Source of the DNA: Salinivirgaceae bacterium
GTDB taxonomy: Bacteria; Bacteroidota; Bacteroidia; Bacteroidales; SZUA-534
Direction: 5' to 3'
Assembly (NCBI GenBank): GCA_024405635.1
Contig: JAKSOL010000031.1
Coordinates: 1-20,161 of the forward strand
Length of the DNA stretch: 20,161 bases
This document shows, one piece after another, positions 15,966 through 20,161 of the stretch (positions are counted from its first letter, which is position 1; every line of letters starts with the position of its first letter). The translations under genes were made by a program, and so were the position numbers. The notes beneath the pieces are model-generated. The model did not search any database, was not told the DNA's origin, and worked only from the letters and a program-made list of their open reading frames with translations.

Positions 15966-18491
15966 ATGTCTGACGGAGAAAAAATTCTAAAAATCAACAT
16001 TGAAGAGGAGATGAAGTCGTCGTACATTGATTACTCAATGTCGGTGATTGTGTCGAGGGCTCTTCCAGATGTGCGCGATGGTTTGAAACCTGTACACCGA
16101 AGAGTGCTCTATGGAATGTCGGAATTAGGAGTTTCATCAAATAAACCAACAAAAAAATCGGCGAGAATTGTAGGTGAGGTTTTAGGTAAATATCACCCAC
16201 ACGGCGACTCGTCTGTGTATTATGCAATGGTTCGTTTAGCGCAATGGTGGGCAATGCGTTATCCATTAGTTGATGGTCAAGGTAACTTTGGCTCAATTGA
16301 TGGCGACGGTCCCGCAGCAATGCGTTATACCGAGGCCCGTTTGCGCCGTATTGCCGAAGAAATGCTTGAGGATATTGACAAAGATACAGTGGACATGGTT
16401 CACAACTTTGACGATACTCTATGGGAGCCAACTGTGTTGCCTACCAAAATACCTTATTTGCTAGTAAATGGCGCTTCAGGTATTGCCGTTGGTATGGCTA
16501 CAAATATGCCACCTCACAACTTGAGCGAAATAGTAGATGCTCTTTGTGCCACAGTCGATAACGACGACATTACTATTGACGAACTAATGGAGATTGTTAC
16601 AGCTCCAGATTTCCCTACAGGTGGTATTATTTACGGCAAACAAGGCATTCGCGATGCTTTTGAAACCGGACGAGGTCGCATTGTTATTCGTGGTAAGGCT
16701 GAAATTGAAACCGATAAATCAGGCAGAAATAGCATTATTGTTACTGAAATACCTTACAATGTTAACAAGGCCGAAATGATTAAGAAAACGGCCGAACTAA
16801 TTAACGAAAAGAAAATTGAAGGCATTTCAAACTTGAACGACGAAACCGATATGAGCGGTATGCGTATTGTTTACGAGTTAAAGAAAGATGCAAACCCAAG
16901 CGTGGTGCTTAATAAACTATACAAGTACACCGAGTTGCAATCGTCGTTTAGCGTAAACAACATTGCTTTGGTTGATGGTCGCCCATATCTACTTAACCTA
17001 AAAGACCTATTGGTTAACTTTATCAAACATCGTCACGAAGTAGTCCTTCGACGTGCAAAATTCGATTTGCGTAAAGCCGAAGAACGAGCTCACATTTTGC
17101 AAGGTTTAATTATTGCTAGCGACAATATTGATGAAGTTATTGCAATTATTAAAGCTGCTAAAAGCCCCGAAGATGCACTAGAAGAGTTGATAAAACGATT
17201 CTCGCTTACCGAAATTCAAGCTCGTGCAATTGTTGATATGCGTTTGCGTCAACTAACTGGACTAGAACAAGATAAACTACGAGCCGAATATGCAGAGATT
17301 GAAAAGCAAATTGCATACTTGCGCGATGTTATTTCAAACGTCGATTTGCGAAAAACAATCATTAAAGACGAACTGATTGAAATAAAAGAGAAATATGGCG
17401 ATTCTCGTCGTACTGAAGTTGTTCCAGATGCAGGAGAATTTAATCCAGAAGATTTTTATGCCGACGAAGATGTGGTTATCACCATATCGCAAATGGGATA
17501 CATCAAACGTACATCGTTGAGCGAATTCCGCACTCAATCGCGAGGTGGAGTTGGCGCCAAAGGTAGCAACACTCGCGACGAGGATGTTATTGAACACTTG
17601 TATAGCGCAAATATGCACGGTACAATGTTGTTCTTTACACAAAAAGGACGTTGCCATTGGTTGCGCGTTTTTGAAATTCCAGAAGGAACCCGAACATCAA
17701 AAGGTAGAGCTATTCAAAACATATTGCAAATTGATGCCGACGATGCAATTAAAGCATACATAAATGTTAAAACATTGTCAGATCAAGAATACATAAAGAA
17801 TCATTATGTGATGCTAGTATCTAAAAAGGGTATAGTAAAGAAAACTACTCTTGAAGCATACTCTCGTCCTCGTGCAAACGGTATCAATGCCATTACAATT
17901 CGCGAAGACGATGCATTGCTGGCAGCTCAATTGACTGATGGTAATTACGAAGTATTGTTGGGTGTTCGTAGTGGTAAAGCATGCCGATTTATGGAGTCAG
18001 AATTGCGACCAATGGGCCGTATGGCATCTGGTGTAAAAGGTGTTGGTCTTGATGGAGACGACGAAGTAGTTGGTGTAGTTTGCCAAGGCGAAGAAAAGCA
18101 TGATGTTCTTGTTGTTTCAGAAAACGGTTATGGTAAACGTTCTGATATTGATGAGTATCGAATGACACACCGCGGCTCAAAAGGTGTGAAAACCATAAAT
18201 GTAACCGACAAAACAGGACCTTTGGTTGCTGTTATGGGTGTGGTTGATACCGATGACTTGATGATTATTACTAAGAATGGTCTTGCAATACGCCAAACAG
18301 TTGATGCTTTGCGAGTTATGGGTAGAGCTACACAAGGTGTTAAATTGATAAACCTTCGTGCAAATGATGCTATTGCAGCTGTAACTGCAGTACCTCATCA
18401 AGATGAGGAAGAAGTAACAGATGGAGAACAATCTGAAACCAATGGTGAGCAATCAAATGCTGGTGCTAATGAGCCAAAAGGCGAAGAATAA
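15966..18491 (+). CDS. gyrA: DNA gyrase subunit A
   Basis: [25 protein letters not shown] and catalytic AAMRYTE; GyrA-box QSRGGVG (distinguishes it from ParC); beta-pinwheel repeats and an acidic tail. Confidence 0.98.
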   Translation: MSDGEKILKINIEEEMKSSYIDYSMSVIVSRALPDVRDGLKPVHRRVLYGMSELGVSSNKPTKKSARIVGEVLGKYHPHGDSSVYYAMVRLAQWWAMRYPLVDGQGNFGSIDGDGPAAMRYTEARLRRIAEEMLEDIDKDTVDMVHNFDDTLWEPTVLPTKIPYLLVNGASGIAVGMATNMPPHNLSEIVDALCATVDNDDITIDELMEIVTAPDFPTGGIIYGKQGIRDAFETGRGRIVIRGKAEIETDKSGRNSIIVTEIPYNVNKAEMIKKTAELINEKKIEGISNLNDETDMSGMRIVYELKKDANPSVVLNKLYKYTELQSSFSVNNIALVDGRPYLLNLKDLLVNFIKHRHEVVLRRAKFDLRKAEERAHILQGLIIASDNIDEVIAIIKAAKSPEDALEELIKRFSLTEIQARAIVDMRLRQLTGLEQDKLRAEYAEIEKQIAYLRDVISNVDLRKTIIKDELIEIKEKYGDSRRTEVVPDAGEFNPEDFYADEDVVITISQMGYIKRTSLSEFRTQSRGGVGAKGSNTRDEDVIEHLYSANMHGTMLFFTQKGRCHWLRVFEIPEGTRTSKGRAIQNILQIDADDAIKAYINVKTLSDQEYIKNHYVMLVSKKGIVKKTTLEAYSRPRANGINAITIREDDALLAAQLTDGNYEVLLGVRSGKACRFMESELRPMGRMASGVKGVGLDGDDEVVGVVCQGEEKHDVLVVSENGYGKRSDIDEYRMTHRGSKGVKTINVTDKTGPLVAVMGVVDTDDLMIITKNGLAIRQTVDALRVMGRATQGVKLINLRANDAIAAVTAVPHQDEEEVTDGEQSETNGEQSNAGANEPKGEE

Positions 18492-18509
18492 TAACTGATT
18501 TGAGACATT

Positions 18510-18548
18510 AAAAAGCGTGGGTAGCGAAAGTTGCTCGCGCTTTTTTTT
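18510..18548 (+). terminator. Intrinsic terminator after gyrA
   Basis: GCGUGGGUAGC-GAAA-GUUGCUCGCGC followed by 8 U; several G-U pairs mean it folds best on the plus strand. Confidence 0.88.
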
Positions 18549-18671
18549 ATTAAACGACAATAAAAAGTTTACTCAAAGCGTTGATTATTAGAAATCAAAC
18601 TTAAAAAACATACAAAATAAAGTAGGGTTAACTTTATGCTATAATGAAGTATTCATTTGATTGAATAAAAC

Positions 18672-18679
18672 TATATTTG
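18672..18679 (+). promoter_or_regulatory. Candidate -7 promoter element for the TPR gene
   Basis: TATATTTG(C), 43 bp upstream of ATG 18723 and downstream of the gyrA terminator. Confidence 0.5.
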
Positions 18680-18722
18680 CCATATTCAAATAAGAAAGTA
18701 TAAATTTTAATTTTTTGAAACT

Positions 18723-19907
18723 ATGAAACACCTTGGAATTGTGATGCTCTTGGTTGCTGGAAGTTTCTCTGCAATGGCACAAGGTAGCAAAGTGCAGAGT
18801 GCTATCACAAACATCAAACCAGAGTACAATCAACTAGACAAAGCAAAAGAAGCTATTGAGGCTGCTATTTTGCACGAGAAAACAAAAGACCAAGCTAAAA
18901 CTTGGAAAGTTAGAGGCGATGTTTACAAAGCAATTGCCGGAACAAAAAATGCAAACTTTAAAGCATTGAGCGAGAATCCATTGAACGAAGCTATGGTATC
19001 ATACAAAAAAGCTATCAAAATGGACCCAAAAGGTGGTAACTCGCCATTCCGTAAAGACATCAACAATCAACTTAAGTTGATGCAATACACTGCAATTGAT
19101 GAGGCTATTGCTCAATTCCAATCAGAAAACTACCAACGAGCAATGGAGTATTTTGAAATTTCGTTGACTATCGACTCTTTGGTAAGCCCATCAACAGTTG
19201 ACTCAATGATTATCTTCAATGCTGGTATGTCTGCTGAGCGTGCTAAAAACTACTCAAAAGCTATTCAATACTACAACCGTGCTATTGAAATTAACTATGA
19301 GGCAGTTTCGTCTTATGCGTATGTTGCAAACATTAAAAAAGAACTTGGTGATACTGCCACTTTCATTTCAACATTGGAAGAGGGTATTAACAAATTCCCA
19401 AATGACAACGCTCGTTTGATGATTGAGTTAATTAACCACTATTTGCTTTCAGGTCAATCAGAAAAAGCTTTGTCATACTTGCAAAAAGCTATCGAGGCCG
19501 ATCCTCAAAACCATTCGTTCTACTTTGCAGAAGGAACATTGTTTGACAAAATGGGACGTTTGGAGGACTCAAAAGCTGCATACGAAAAGGCTATTGAGAT
19601 TAAACCTGATTATTTTGATGCTTGGTATAACTTAGGCGTTCTTTACTACAATAAAGCTGTAGAAATGAGCAAAGCAGCAAACGACATACCTCCACGCGAG
19701 CAAAAACGTTATGATGAGGCAGTTAAAGCAGCTTTGGAGCAAATGGCTAAAGCATTGCCTTTCTTTGAAAAAGCTCACGAGATTGATGCTGCAGAGAAAA
19801 ATACCATTATGACTCTTCGCGAGATTTACTACAAAACTCGTTCAGCTCATCCAGAATATGAGTCAAAATACAAAGAGTATGATGATTTGTTGAAATCGAT
19901 GAACTAA
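18723..19907 (+). CDS. Secreted/periplasmic tetratricopeptide repeat protein
   Basis: Signal peptide MKHLGIVMLLVAGSFSAMA|Q; many TPR motifs (KAIQYYNRAIEIN, KALSYLQKAIEADP, AYEKAIEIKPDYFDAWYNLGVLYYN). Confidence 0.9.
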   Translation: MKHLGIVMLLVAGSFSAMAQGSKVQSAITNIKPEYNQLDKAKEAIEAAILHEKTKDQAKTWKVRGDVYKAIAGTKNANFKALSENPLNEAMVSYKKAIKMDPKGGNSPFRKDINNQLKLMQYTAIDEAIAQFQSENYQRAMEYFEISLTIDSLVSPSTVDSMIIFNAGMSAERAKNYSKAIQYYNRAIEINYEAVSSYAYVANIKKELGDTATFISTLEEGINKFPNDNARLMIELINHYLLSGQSEKALSYLQKAIEADPQNHSFYFAEGTLFDKMGRLEDSKAAYEKAIEIKPDYFDAWYNLGVLYYNKAVEMSKAANDIPPREQKRYDEAVKAALEQMAKALPFFEKAHEIDAAEKNTIMTLREIYYKTRSAHPEYESKYKEYDDLLKSMN

Positions 19908-19925
19908 TCAATTATTTGATATAAT

Positions 19926-19964
19926 AAAAAAGCCCCGATTCAAATTTGAGTCGGGGCTTTTTTT
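19926..19964. terminator. Bidirectional intrinsic terminator after the TPR gene
   Basis: AAAAAAGCCCCGATTCA-AATT-TGAGTCGGGGCTTTTTTT. Confidence 0.92.
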
Positions 19965-20161
19965 ATTCTTATAGTTTAACGAATGGGTGGGGGATTATTA
20001 TCGGGACAACTAAATCAAACCGAGTCTATACAATTTCTTCGTTTCTTACAATCAATAGATTAACGCTATAATCAAGTTGCCGCCTTTAATATGAATAATA
20101 TAAGGCACCCATTGTGCATTATTCAAAAAACTAAGGATTTTAAACTATTAATGTTTCTGCC

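Noticed and set aside
1383-19419. Numerous 60-160 aa alternative-frame and antisense ORFs in the ORF track
   Set aside because: Almost all lie within or antisense to well-supported genes and lack recognisable motifs (shadow ORFs).
19965-20161. Possible 3' end of a minus-strand gene and a bulged hairpin near 20092-20126
   Set aside because: Only a few codons are visible before the window edge and the hairpin is AT-rich; insufficient to call.

Overview
Bacteroidota (probably Bacteroidales-like) chromosomal window in three blocks. (1) 1-8075: a degenerate GTAG/REP-like palindrome array, then a one-component Ric/hemerythrin-LuxR regulator (+) converging on a four-gene minus-strand operon: outer-membrane beta-barrel, imelysin lipoprotein, di-heme c (DHOR) lipoprotein and a fused CcsBA cytochrome c maturase. 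(2) 8500-10554: a minus-strand operon of tandem-domain SiaB-like kinase, SiaC-like phosphoprotein and DUF2179/UPF0316 membrane protein, with no siaA or siaD beside it. (3) 10825-19907: housekeeping genes htrA/degP-like protease, primary sigma rpoD, clpC, gyrA and a secreted TPR protein, with clear intrinsic terminators. The best candidate for an undescribed system is block 1. The beta-barrel carries an N-terminal VDGYSGAT motif resembling an ApbE flavinylation site, the operon has its own heme-attachment enzyme, and NarL/LuxR-type heptamers lie upstream of both the operon and the diiron-sensor regulator. Together these suggest a regulated, redox-active metal (iron) acquisition or electron-transfer module. 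All family calls come from motif recognition by eye; no searches were run.
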